Of a DNA stretch of 64,000 bases, positions 52,701 to 62,700 are shown one piece after another; position 1 is the stretch's first letter; each line of letters starts with the position of its first letter. This DNA is from Phoronis australis (taxonomy: Eukaryota; Animalia; Phoronida): positions 124,001 through 188,000 of the forward strand of contig NMRA01000347.1 of NCBI GenBank assembly GCA_002633005.1, read 5' to 3'. The translations under genes and the position numbers were made by a program. The notes beneath the pieces were generated by a model. It ran no database searches, had not been told where the DNA came from, and was given only the letters and a program-made list of their open reading frames with translations.

Positions 52701-55700
52701 CTGTCTTGTTCCCCTGGTGGTGGTAGCTTGTGTCGACTTTCTTGGTCGTTTATAGATCTAGTTAAACATGTTTTCTATGTTCGGGCTTCAGCTAATACGC
52801 TAGCGTGTCTATTGATTATTCTGTGAACACAGACTGTCTTAGTGACAAACGCTGCTTTTAATCGACGTACATGCATACTAGAGGTATGGTGAAGCTTCCA
52901 GTCTGTTGAGTGAAATGCACTTCGTTGCCCACCAATCAAGCTGATGGGTGTGGAACATGGACTAAAGGGGGCACTTTTGTATGAGACTCAAACTGTTGTG
53001 GACTAGAGATGGACTTGTAATGACTTGGAACAAGTGCATGGAAATCAAAAAGATGGATGGAATATTCATTTTATTGTGATACAGTGGAAGCATAGCTTGT
53101 TATATTGTTTGCAAAGCTTATTAAAATTGTTTGGAATGATATGTTGGCTGTTTGATCATCAATGCTATGGGCATTGTCTTTGTTTTTTGTTGATTTGAAA
53201 CACTCAATTAAATTATTTCGAAGCACCTTTTCAGAAAAAAACAAACCCATCTTGTTGAGTTCTCACTCAGCAGTATCCGGTCTGGATTTTTCCACTTTAA
53301 AAAATTTTGAGGAATTATCCAGTGTGAGTTGTCAGTGCTATTGACTTCAAAACATGACTTACTAACACAATTAGTAAAAACTCCACCTAGAGCTCTTTAC
53401 TCTAGTCATGACCTCAGATACAATTAACAAATTCTGTTGGATGAGGTGAGCTCAGTTGGCTGAGGTATAATATGATATTTTTGTCCATGGATATTTTGCA
53501 CATTTTTCCTGCAGGTTTGTGCAATAGGGTTAATTAGCTGGTCAGCCTTCTTTTGAGTGCATGGGTGGTTAGTTGCATTCACCAGAATTGACCTATTGCA
53601 AGCTCCGCCCCCTTGCGTAATGTCGACTAACAGACAAGTTTTACCATGCAACGTGTTGTTTGTTGCATAAAATGGCGGCTTGGAAGTGAAGGTGTGCCAA
53701 TATTGCTGTGTTCTAAATGGTCAGTTAAGCCGTCATTCAAAATCATCACAATAGGTCAATTCCCCAATTAAGAAGGCAATGTTTGAGTTTTGTTTCGATG
53801 GGCAAAGTGGTTTCTGAGTAAGAACTGAGAAAACCAGGCAGTAATCCACCAAAATTTTAAAGGTCACAGGCAACAGTACTTTGCAAGACACTTTACAAAG
53901 TAATGTCTGTACTAATAGGTGTGCTACACGCTCTGCTGATTTTTAAATCGTTGAAAATTCATTGGTGCGATTTTAACCTTTTGACCTTTGCTTCATGAAT
54001 AAATAAGTTTCATTCCTCCACCATCTCTGCAGCTAAAGGCTCTGCTTTAATTGCTTAAAATGGTTGTCCATCAATTAAACACATATAGTTTCAGTCCATA
54101 AGAAACAACTTTGAAGCCCCCGTAAATTAATTTTAATATATCTGAATGGCAATACAAAAACACCAATTTTATATTCTGTGTTTTTTCATAACTAGATACA
54201 CATTGCAATTACTTACTGCAAGAGAAGTTTGACTCCAAGGGACATTGAGTGTAACTGCAAACTGCAGTAATTGTGCTATTAGTGGCTGGTTTATCAAACT
54301 GGAATTTGTCTTGGAATAGTTGACTTGGGCACAAACTATTTCCGTTTATATGGCTTTTTGAAATGAACTATTCCATATCGCATGGTTTATCGGAGCAGCC
54401 AATTATTGTTCACGGATATTATGTCTGGAAACTGTTTATTGTCACGCTAAATGTTAGATGGTACGAGTTAGTCCGCTCCCAGCATATACACAATGGGAAC
54501 TTGACACCTTGGTATGCACTTGTTGCTGCGTTAAAAACGCAACAGGGATCTTGTTTGACTGTCATGTTTATTGCACTGTTGATTGAGTTATGGGAATACA
54601 TTAGATGTTTGCTGTGCAGTGCAAAAGTATAAAACCATTATTCGTCTTTTGCACAGAGTTAAGAGCATCGTTTGTTACATCCAATAAATTAAATTCTCTG
54701 TTTAACTATGTAATTGATCAATTCAAAGCTGGACACCTAGTCCAGTGAACTTGAGCATGGTTTAAACTGAGACATTCAATGTCAAAACAAACTTGTCGTG
54801 CTCAAGCACCGATGGTATCAACTAAAGACCAAGTGCCGTTTCTATCACTGCTCGCTATTTTAAGAGAAATCTGCAATTTATTGCCAACTTGCATTCAGAG
54901 GTACAATGCAAAAATCAAAAATTAAAATGGAATTTAGATAATTACATCCGATAAACAATCTGATTACAAAATATTTGGAATTACTAGAGTTTTCTGTACG
55001 TTCACCCTGTCATGTTTTTAAGTGTATCAGTTGTGGTGTTCTTTTTAAAACTTCTGATCACTCTCAGGCAGCTGCACAGTAGCACACATTAAGTTTAATA
55101 TCTTATGAACGTGTGGAAGAAGAAAACAGCGAATGTACTACCACCTGTTGAGTGTGCCTTTTTGCCTGCAGTTCCATCAATAGTGTCACCGTTTTGTTGC
55201 AGGTCTAGGACCAAAGTTTACATGCAAGACCTTGACTCAACGTTGACCTACATCTTCAGCCAGGAGCTGGCCAGACAGAAAGAGGTTGAGGGAGAGAGTT
55301 CTGCTAACCTGAAGAAGTTACTCAAAGTGCTGTACAAGGTGAGACGTGTGTTTAAACAACTAGAACCATTTAGTCGGGTTTGTTGCGTAATTTTGTTAGA
55401 ATTTTTTGGTGAAAGTGGAAACTACATTTTTGGAAACCTCATGGAAATGACAAATCAGAATATAATTGATTCCACTTTGTTGGCTGCCATCTTGGCGGCC
55501 ATTTTTGCCTTTTTTCTCTCAGGTTGTATTTTAAGTAATTTATTACATCGAACTTTTATGCGTTTTTGTTGAAACTATAACCCTATACTTGTCTTCTTCC
55601 TATTATTTTCTGAACATCGCTGTAAGAATTTTCAAGTTTTCACCTGTATGCGTCAGTTTGGTATATCCATATTCCACCAAGTCCCGAGTTACAATACACC

Positions 55701-58700
55701 TTTGTTTTTAAGTTCTGTTATCTGTATCTACATGTGTGCCTTCATCAAAATTGGCTGCTGGACTGGTGTGACTATTGGAGAATAGAGGTTTTGAACTTGA
55801 TTCCATTTTTGAATCATCACGACATTCTGTCGTTCAGCAACTTTTCAAGACATGAGGGGTTCTGAACGTGCGATAACATCTGGCTTCTTTGTTAACTGCC
55901 TAGCACAGTCTTTTGTCTGGTATGACAACAAGCAAGCCAATTATCTCCCAGGCTTCAAAGGGTTACTGAAACCTGGCAGAATGGGTTGTCTTAACTTCTG
56001 TTGTAATTGGGCGATTTTGGTGATTAAAAAACTAAACATGATGATCAGCATTCGACAAGGAATTCAGAAATGCTATTTGTTTATGTTCAAATATGTTATA
56101 ACTTAACTTTCCTTTTTAGCAGCAAAGCACAGTCAGAGTAGATATGATCTGATCGGAGATTAGAGCAATTATTGAACAAAAAAGAGCTGGCCCACCTACC
56201 ATGAATGCCAGGATGGAGTTAATCAGCCGTGTATGATATTGGCTACATGGGTAAACTTCCCAACTTGTTGTTGGGCTGTAGAGCCGAACAAGTTGGGAGC
56301 AATGGGAAAATGCCATAATGTTGTCGAGATCAACATCCCTGGCGTATTGTATTGGAATAGTTTAATTAAATGTCTGATGTTTCAGTATTATCCTGGGGAT
56401 GACGAGACTAAGTCTTTCCTGGAGGAGATAGACCAGTGGGTTACCCTGCGCTCTGAGTTCACTGGAGAGGAGTGGGCGACCTTTGTCACCAAAACCACAG
56501 TAAGGAAAGAGATGGTTAAAGCAGCTGTTGTCTTGGATTTATACACTGTCGCTGACACATGCATTTAGTTACCATGGTTACACTGTCACTGACACGTGAA
56601 TTTAGTTACCATGATACACTGCTGCAGAATCTGTCTTTTCACGACAGGCGTATTGTGGCAACCTTCGTCGGCTGAATCGGAGAAAGGGTTTATGCAGTTG
56701 TTTCTTGCATTTACAATAATACAGTCCTGAATTCTGATTACATTACTTTGGCGTATTGTCAAGTGTTTAATTGTGAGAGATGTGAAGTGTGTTTTTATGT
56801 GGCAGAAACAATCACTTGCACAGGTCCTGCTTGTTGAGAACCAGTTAGAAACAATCACTTGCACAGGTCCTGCATTCTGAGAACCAGTTAGAAACAATCA
56901 CTTGCACAGGTCATGCTTGCTGAGAACCAGTTAGAAACAATCACTTGCACAGGTCCTGCATGCTGAGAACCAGTTAGAAACAATCACTTGTACAGGTTCT
57001 GCATTCTGAGAACCAGTTAGAAACAATCACTTGTACAGGTCCTGCATGCTGAGAACCAGTTAGAAACAATCACTTGCACAGGTCCTGCATTCTGAGAACC
57101 AGTTAGAAACAATCACTTGCACAGGTCCTGCATTCTGAGAACCAGTTAGAAACAATCTCTTGCACAGGTCCTGCATGCTGAGAACCAGTTAGAAGCACAC
57201 CAATAGAGAAAACTGGTTCTCAAAATGCAAATCCCCTGTGATTATCCCCAAATCTGTGACAATCATTTTCAGCTCTGAAATTTCAGTGAAAATTGGAAGC
57301 AAAATATTTTCAGCTAACATTATTGCAAATATATCTGGTTCAGGGTTTCTTGTCTCTAAAAGCCTTACAACAAATATAGTGTTGAACCTGTACATGACTC
57401 ACTTCACTGTCCCCTCGATGACCCCTGACATTATGTTACGTTTAGCATCTGCAACAACATCAGTTAGACTTCTGTGTCACCAGCGAACAGTCAGCTAATA
57501 TAGTTGCCTTAGTTTTTAGTGTGCTGAATAATTAGTTTGCATTAGAGAGGATCTGATCAGGTTGTCCACACTGCTTCTGTCTGAAATATTCAACGAATGA
57601 GAGAATGTTGTAATTGTCTATTTACTATAGTTACCTCTCCATATTGCTTTCTCATCTTTTCAGTTAAATGGACTCTAAACCCTGTTTTTATGATTTCCAG
57701 CAACCCTCATTCTGTCACCTGCTAATTTATCAGTGGCGTCAATCTTGAATGCTGGAAGCAGAAATCAACAAAAAACTTTAATCCTCCCTGTGTCACCTAT
57801 TGAATGTTATGATTCTTGGTGGGTGGTGTGTCGCCACAGTTTCCGCGTAATTCGCTTGGAGCATAGGTCACGCATGCCCGTTAAGCAGACTTTGAAAATT
57901 AAGGTTTTTCATATTTCCTCCCAACTTTTGAGGGTTGTCGGAATTGCATCACGTTATTTTGTATCAGATGGATGAAAAAGTCATTTTTAATCTGTTAATA
58001 GTCCAAAAGTTGGTTTGATGTCCTTTTAATGTTACTTGTAATTCCTGCTGTAGCTGAAATGCATTGGCATTCAAACAATATTTTAAATAGCTGTGGTAAT
58101 TGTAACTATAACTGGGAAAATTAGTATCCACATGGTGGTTGTTTCAATATCATATAGTTTCATCGCTAGTCAATAGATGGAGTAGATGGTGCTGGACATG
58201 ATTTCTTAGAGTAGTAAAAGTTCTCCAGTTTGGGACATTGGAAATTGATTATCTTCCTCAAGCTCATAGCCTGTCTTAAACTCTAGAGATAAGCAATGAT
58301 GGTCATCCTAAAAATCAGTACTGTGGATTGAAAACACTCCCCGAAATTAAAGAAATATGGTAAATGCTTGAATTGCTCTTTTCTCAAATTCCACAGAGTC
58401 AAGAAAATTTACTTTACTGGAGTTTCTGTGTCCCAAATTCTAATAATTGTCCCAAATTGGAGAATTGTTTATCGTGAACATGTTTCTTTTTTAGAAAAAA
58501 CATCCCACCGCCATGCGTGAGGTGAAGTGGGCAGCATGTCAGGGCAGCCAGCCAAAGTTCAGAGGTTATCCCTGTGGATTGTGGGTACTGTTTCACACCC
58601 TCTCTGTGAACGCCTACACCGGCCATCGTGAGAGTAAGTCATGAGTGGCATTTTTATGTGAGAGAAGCTTTCTTGCTTTTTCATTTTAAAAATGAATTTT

Positions 58701-59728
58701 GCTAATATTTTGTGTAAAAAAGTATCTTGATTTCCATCATTTTGCTTAAGAGTTTATTTTAATATTTTCCATAAGATTGCAATTCAGTCTTCAAGTATCC
58801 TCTGCAGAAACTTCTGCTTAGTGCTGATGAGAAATTTCAACTAATGCTTCAAACCAAGATTGTTGAGTTCTCGATATGTCAACATTAGTTATGTGGTGCT
58901 TACGATGCTATGAAAATCGTATCACATTGTTCCCTTCCAGAGGGCACCCTGGGCACGTTCAATCCCTTGGAAGTGTTGGATGCCATGCGCGGCTACATTC
59001 ACAGCTTCTTTGGTTGTCGCGAGTGCAGCAAGAACTTCGCCAAAATGGCTGCCAAGCTAGAGGTCGAAGTTCAAGATGCTGAGGACTCGGTCACATGGCT
59101 GTGGCATGCACACAATAGAGCCAACAAGAGGCTACATGGCGACAAGACAGAAGACCCACAGTACCCCAAAATACAGTTTCCTTCTGCGGATGAATGCCCA
59201 CAGTGTCACGTGACAATTAAGCCTACTAACCGGGACATTCCGTTCTCTATTGAAGAGGTTAAGAAGTTTTTATTGAATCTTTATAAAAAGCAGAACATCG
59301 TTGGTTGGCGGCCGACCAGCGTTGATATTGAACGTCAAAAAGTGAACGAAATGGATGAAGGCAAGATTGTTGTGGCTGTTGGTGAAAGTCGTTTGAAGGA
59401 CAATTTGCAGGAAAATGAGGGATTTAAAGAAAAAGGAAAATTGGGGGATCAGAGCCGAGATAGAGTGAAGCTTAACATTGCTAATGTGTCGTCTCGTGTG
59501 TCGGGGAAGCCGTTAAAAAGCAGACTGGAGAGGATACGGCAGTTAGGTGACATGGAGATGAAGACGAGACTTAAACTGTATGTGGGTTCACGTTCAGCGA
59601 TGAACTCGGTAGATATAGGGCTTTGTGTCATCTTCTACGTGGCGTGTACGCTACTCATTCTGTTCTTGTATTTTCACTTGATGGTGAGACGAAAGCATAG
59701 GCTGCCTTGCATTAGTTGCCCGGTGTAG
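28501..59728 (+). CDS. QSOX1: Quiescin sulfhydryl oxidase gene span: 6 shared exons + duplicated HRR-ERV/ALR cassettes A and B
   Basis: Signal peptide, Trx1 [45 protein letters not shown] and C-terminal TM; all introns GT-AG and phase-consistent. Confidence 0.92.
30040..30305. repeat. Imperfect tandem repeat, ~75-90-bp units, 3-4 copies
   Basis: Recurring ggcatcctcaagg, ctttcactga and gtcagtggagt. Confidence 0.6.
33305..34675. mobile_element. Helentron/HINE-like non-autonomous element region with terminal hairpins
   Basis: Perfect hairpin tacttggcgaaat-tt-atttcgccaagta (34491-34518); second hairpin acctc-ttggc-gaggt (~34658); cttggcgaaatt repeated at ~33330 and ~33483; gccgccatcttg/caaaatggccgcc motifs. 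Confidence 0.5.
36828..36916. repeat. 29-bp tandem repeat, 3 copies
   Basis: tttgcacagagtgcataacattgcatttg. Confidence 0.9.
36964..37064 (+). CDS. QSOX1: QSOX exon 2 (Trx1)
   Basis: cttcag|(E)[33 protein letters not shown]|gtaatc. Confidence 0.9.
37095..37363. mobile_element. MITE with ~31-bp TIRs, internal 21-bp tandem repeats, possible GAGA target-site duplication
   Basis: ggggtgccatagaatcgttcgcacgagcatc ... gatgcccgtgtgaacgattctatggtacccc; gaga on both flanks. Confidence 0.75.
37479..38464. repeat. Perfect 31-bp minisatellite, ~32 copies
   Basis: (ttgtgaattatattgcaaggtgtgtactaga)n with no spacers. Confidence 0.98.
39234..39388 (+). CDS. QSOX1: QSOX exon 3
   Basis: ttccag|LFGPQ...[11 protein letters not shown]...[12 protein letters not shown]|gtaag. 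Confidence 0.85.
39645..39774. mobile_element. Short CAGG...CCTG MITE
   Basis: caggtgggtctagag ... ctctagccctg imperfect TIRs with internal G/C runs. Confidence 0.55.
40147..40228 (+). CDS. QSOX1: QSOX exon 4 (Trx2)
   Basis: ttgcag|..[27 protein letters not shown]|gtaagc. Confidence 0.85.
40808..40951. mobile_element. Small MITE (same family as 24565-24701)
   Basis: agttcagta ... tactgaact ends; internal gctaggacctcgcaaagagcaa. Confidence 0.5.
41220..41341. repeat. Exact ~58-bp tandem duplication
   Basis: cagtttctgactgctacccactcgtcttagtcagtcctacagatcagtattacaaaac x2. Confidence 0.9.
41622..41764 (+). CDS. QSOX1: QSOX exon 5 (Trx2)
   Basis: ttgcag|[17 protein letters not shown]...LPALYIL...KS AG|gtcagt, continuing the GRE-IILDL motif. 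Confidence 0.85.
42227..42346 (+). CDS. QSOX1: QSOX exon 6 (last shared exon; phase-2 donor)
   Basis: ttccag|..[17 protein letters not shown]...RPTN AG|gtaagt. Confidence 0.8.
43057..43192 (+). CDS. QSOX1: QSOX exon 7A (helix-rich region)
   Basis: tttcag|[23 protein letters not shown]...[13 protein letters not shown]|gtgag; 136 nt. Confidence 0.88.
43425..43492 (-). mobile_element. tRNA-derived SINE head (degenerate)
   Basis: Minus strand reads agcagtgtggccatg...gagacctgggttccaatcccgg (A/B-box-like). Confidence 0.4.
43872..43985 (+). CDS. QSOX1: QSOX exon 8A
   Basis: ttccag|[19 protein letters not shown]...LIKQVQ|gtagg; 114 nt. Confidence 0.88.
44590..45157. mobile_element. piggyBac-type non-autonomous element
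   Basis: TTAA|cccttatcctgc ... gcaggataaggg|TTAA: perfect 12-bp TIRs starting CCC, with TTAA on both flanks. Confidence 0.85.
45790..46220. repeat. ~118-bp tandem duplication followed by degenerate ccaaactgtctg repeats
   Basis: ttttatcttcaacataagtctaagtca...agcaccataca x2; repeated caaactgtc(t/g) units. Confidence 0.75.
46912..47039 (-). CDS. Nested C-type lectin gene, exon 2 (EPN motif, end of CTLD)
   Basis: ctgcag|(G)[15 protein letters not shown]...[20 protein letters not shown]. Confidence 0.9.
47693..48707 (-). CDS. Nested C-type lectin gene, exon 1 (signal peptide, long coiled coil, Thr-rich linker, start of CTLD)
   Basis: [19 protein letters not shown]; heptad-rich region; [39 protein letters not shown]; donor ATA G|gtgag, phase 1. 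Confidence 0.9.
49520..49578. repeat. Two copies of the 31-bp unit also found at 50345-50603
   Basis: catttgatagagtgacacactacaggca. Confidence 0.85.
50345..50603. repeat. 31-bp minisatellite, ~8 copies, abutting the exon 9A acceptor
   Basis: (gacacactacaggcagcacatttgat(g/a)gagt)n. Confidence 0.95.
50624..50762 (+). CDS. QSOX1: QSOX exon 9A (start of ERV/ALR)
   Basis: tttcag|GRHH...[27 protein letters not shown]...Q G|gtaag; 139 nt. Confidence 0.92.
51307..51661 (+). CDS. QSOX1: QSOX exon 10A (ERV/ALR core)
   Basis: ttccag|DSQF...[11 protein letters not shown]...[36 protein letters not shown]; probable donor AG|gtacga at 51661 (read-through stop at 51842 is an alternative). Confidence 0.88.
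52680..52755 (+). CDS. QSOX1: Candidate QSOX exon 11A: short hydrophobic C-terminal tail
   Basis: Pyrimidine-rich acceptor tttctctgtcgtttcag|C, phase 2, giving [27 protein letters not shown]; AATAAA downstream at 53998 and 54683. Confidence 0.55.
55203..55338 (+). CDS. QSOX1: QSOX exon 7B (helix-rich region)
   Basis: ttgcag|[23 protein letters not shown]...[10 protein letters not shown]|gtgag; 136 nt, phase 2. Confidence 0.88.
55830..56310 (+). mobile_element. ~500-bp dispersed non-autonomous repeat, copy 2
   Basis: Colinear with 21888-22400. Confidence 0.75.
56386..56499 (+). CDS. QSOX1: QSOX exon 8B
   Basis: tttcag|[19 protein letters not shown]...FVTKTT|gtaag; 114 nt. Confidence 0.88.
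56804..57193. repeat. 43-bp minisatellite, ~9 copies
   Basis: (gagaaccagttagaaacaatcacttgcacaggtcctgcat(t/g)ct)n. Confidence 0.95.
58495..58633 (+). CDS. QSOX1: QSOX exon 9B (start of ERV/ALR)
   Basis: ttttag|KKHP...[27 protein letters not shown]...RE A|gtaagt; 139 nt. Confidence 0.92.
58941..59728 (+). CDS. QSOX1: QSOX exon 10B (ERV/ALR core, stalk, TM anchor, tail)
   Basis: ttccag|..[11 protein letters not shown]...[36 protein letters not shown]...[38 protein letters not shown]. Confidence 0.92.
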
Positions 59729-62700
59729 TCACAAGTGTGCAGCACTATTCACTTCTGGATGTATTTCTTTTTCTTGCTGGATATTTTGACCAGAAATTGC
59801 TGCATGTGATACGGGTTCCATAGTTTTTGCAGTTAAAGCCTTGTCTTTGTCTAGCGCAAGGAAAGTTTGTTATAACCTCTCTAACTTTGGACATATTATG
59901 TTGGAAATTACATTTTTCCACTTTTTCATATTAGGTGTTTTTCTAAACTGTTTATTTCATTTAAAAGACATTGCACGTGTCTGCCCAAAAATTAAAAAAT
60001 GCAGACTTTAAGAATCACCAAATAAATGCTTTTTTGATTTTATCCTATAGTTACTGACAATGTCTGAGAAAATGTGAGCATTCACAACAGCGTTAGAAAC
60101 TTTTAAGAAATCAAAAATGACAAATCTTTGCCCAAAATTGGTGAGATTATACCGTGCTACAATTCTAGGGACTGTGGGACTCTGTATTCACAGGTATTGG
60201 GCTTGCGTACTTTTCATCTCATTTCAGTATTTGCTTGGTGACTTGTGGTTCAGATGCAATAGTTATAGTGCTTTGAAGTATGTCTTTGAAATTTGCTACA
60301 TTGTGTTGAGTTATTGTCAACAGTATAAAGGAAATTGGAAAAAATATTTCTTCAAAGAATTCATTTACTTTAATATTTGCTTTGAAAATTCATTGAATGA
60401 AGAGTTTTGTTGTGAAAATTTATTGAATGTAAGTGGTAAGACACTGTTCCAGTTGTTTTAAAAACACTAAGGCTTCAAACCCAACTTAAGTAGTAATATA
60501 GTGGTCGTGGCTGTAAACATTCATATGGTTTTAATTCATAACATAATATTCAATATAACAGGATTAATAGTGAGAGGTATGTGATCTAAGTGACTTTAAA
60601 AATTTACAAAAGTGCTTGAGTTAGGGATTTATTGTCTCATGTCACAATTTTCACTCGTCACTATTGTCACATGTCACAATTTTCACGTCACAATTTTCAA
60701 TTTCAGTGTTAAGAGCAAAGTTTCTGAGTAAGTCTCTGGGTTGTTCGCTCTTAGTTAGGTCATGTATCTATCTGTGGCAGATACTCTCCTATTTGTTTAT
60801 GCAAAATATTCCTGGAAAGCACTGGGGCTTTTCAATGACTTTCTGGTTCAAGTAGTAGCTATAATCTTTTTGTACAATTTGCTTTTGATGGTGCCATTGT
60901 TGCTGTTTTGGAGTCTGGCAGGGTAAAGTAGAGAAGCTGGGTCTTCATTGTCTGCTCTTCAATTGTGTGACATTTACTTTGGTATTTTGGTGTGGGATCA
61001 GCTGTTAATTAAATACCTTTTAAGTGTGCTGGTTCTTAAACATGGTTTGATCCTGACCACCCCTTTGTCCAGCTCTGTTGGAAGTTGGGTCATGCCCAAA
61101 CTGGTTCTCATGATAATGAATTGTTTTTGAATCATAGAACTCCAGCTGTTATGGAGTTGGGACGAATTTTTTACTGTGTACTAAATGGGCTTCCTTGAAA
61201 GCGAAAAGGTGTTTAGTTGATTTGAAGTTTCCAAGTGATTAATATTTCTGGTTGTGGCCTTGTTATCTTAGGAAGTGCTTCCTGGGGTGTTGTTGGAATT
61301 AGTGTTTATTTCTTTAGTCACTTTTAATTTTGGGTTCTCATTATTCTCTTGGTGGCCGTTTTTATCTTGCCTTGGGTAGAGCCGAAAGGCCGTGGAGTCT
61401 AGTTGTTATGCAGATAAAATGTGTACTTCACTGTCACTGTGGTAAAAAGTGCAATTGCATGTTACTGAAATGTTGGCCATAGAGTAACTGATGTGTTACT
61501 TTCAAATATTTTTTGTTGATCAATTTTTCTAGTTGTCAAGTGTCATTTTATTATTCACCAACGGTTTGCTGAATTTGTGATTAGGCGGCGCTAGTGCATT
61601 CGGACTTCTGTGTGTTACCGACATGAAGTTAGTTAGCTTTAAGTTGTTTTATGTCCTGTTCTATTTTCTCACCCACTGAGTGAAATTACAGGAACAAAGT
61701 GTTGTATGTATGTTAATTATGTCGGAATTATACGTGGAGAAACCGTTCAGTGGTCAAACTCTTACCAACATTGACGCCTGTAAAAGGTGTATGTAAACCC
61801 GTGAACTGCGTGTCTGACCTGCAAGCAGGTATATACAGACTGGCCTGTGCAATATCCGGCATTTACTGAGTTATGTTTGCATCGATATATACGCGGAGGA
61901 CACCCCCTCCTGCTGCTGTGATTATATTATATCATTATGTGAAATAAGATGTCTCGAATGGATAAAAACAACGACAATAGATCGGATGGCACCTCCCTTG
62001 GTCTGTCAAAGCCACAGCAGTTTAGTTGGTTATTTACGAGTTCGACTCTGTATTGTTTCTCCGCTGCAAGTGTGTAAGTACTCCAATTGGTGCTACAAAC
62101 CCCACCTATATTTATGCAATATTTATGACTTGTCCATACACAATTTATTGTAGGTATGCTGTAGTTGGTCAAGGAAATATTTGGGGCTAATGCCTGCATG
62201 TACATGGAGAGTAGGCCGAACTGTGTTCCGTAGGTGTAAGCCTCTCGTGAACATGTAAGGTCGTGCAAGTGTTCGCGAGATGTTGCCCTGCATTATAAAA
62301 AACACGTTCTAGTAAACTACGAGTTGTGTGTTTTGTAGCCTTTGCTGTTGGTTAAAGTCGCACATATGTAGTTTTGATAAGATGGTTCAAAACAAAAATG
62401 TAATCCTGCCTTTTACTCTCTTAAAGTCGGTCTCTTAATATTCCTTGCTGTGAAAGAGTTGTATTTGCTTAAGAACTCTAGTCACAGGTTATTCGTTGAC
62501 TGCGTGAGTCACGCTCGACTTTGAAATTTTAGAGTAAGCATGGCTTACTCCAATAAAATCTTAAGCGTCTTCTTGAGCTGCCCATGACTTCAGTTTTTTG
62601 GTAGCAGAGATAGAATCCTATCTCGGTAAGGAATATTATGAGACGGAGAGTAAAAGTTCTGATTTGATTTTCGTTCAAAGCAAATCTAACAGTCATATGA

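Noticed and set aside
43057-59728. QSOX A/B cassettes as a haplotype assembly artefact
   Set aside because: Exons are strongly diverged at protein level, introns are unrelated and there is no gap between them.
14415-59728. Functional cluster of secretory-pathway genes (TTLL15, TOR1AIP, QSOX, lectin)
   Set aside because: Secretory and membrane proteins are common, and nothing in the sequence shows co-regulation.
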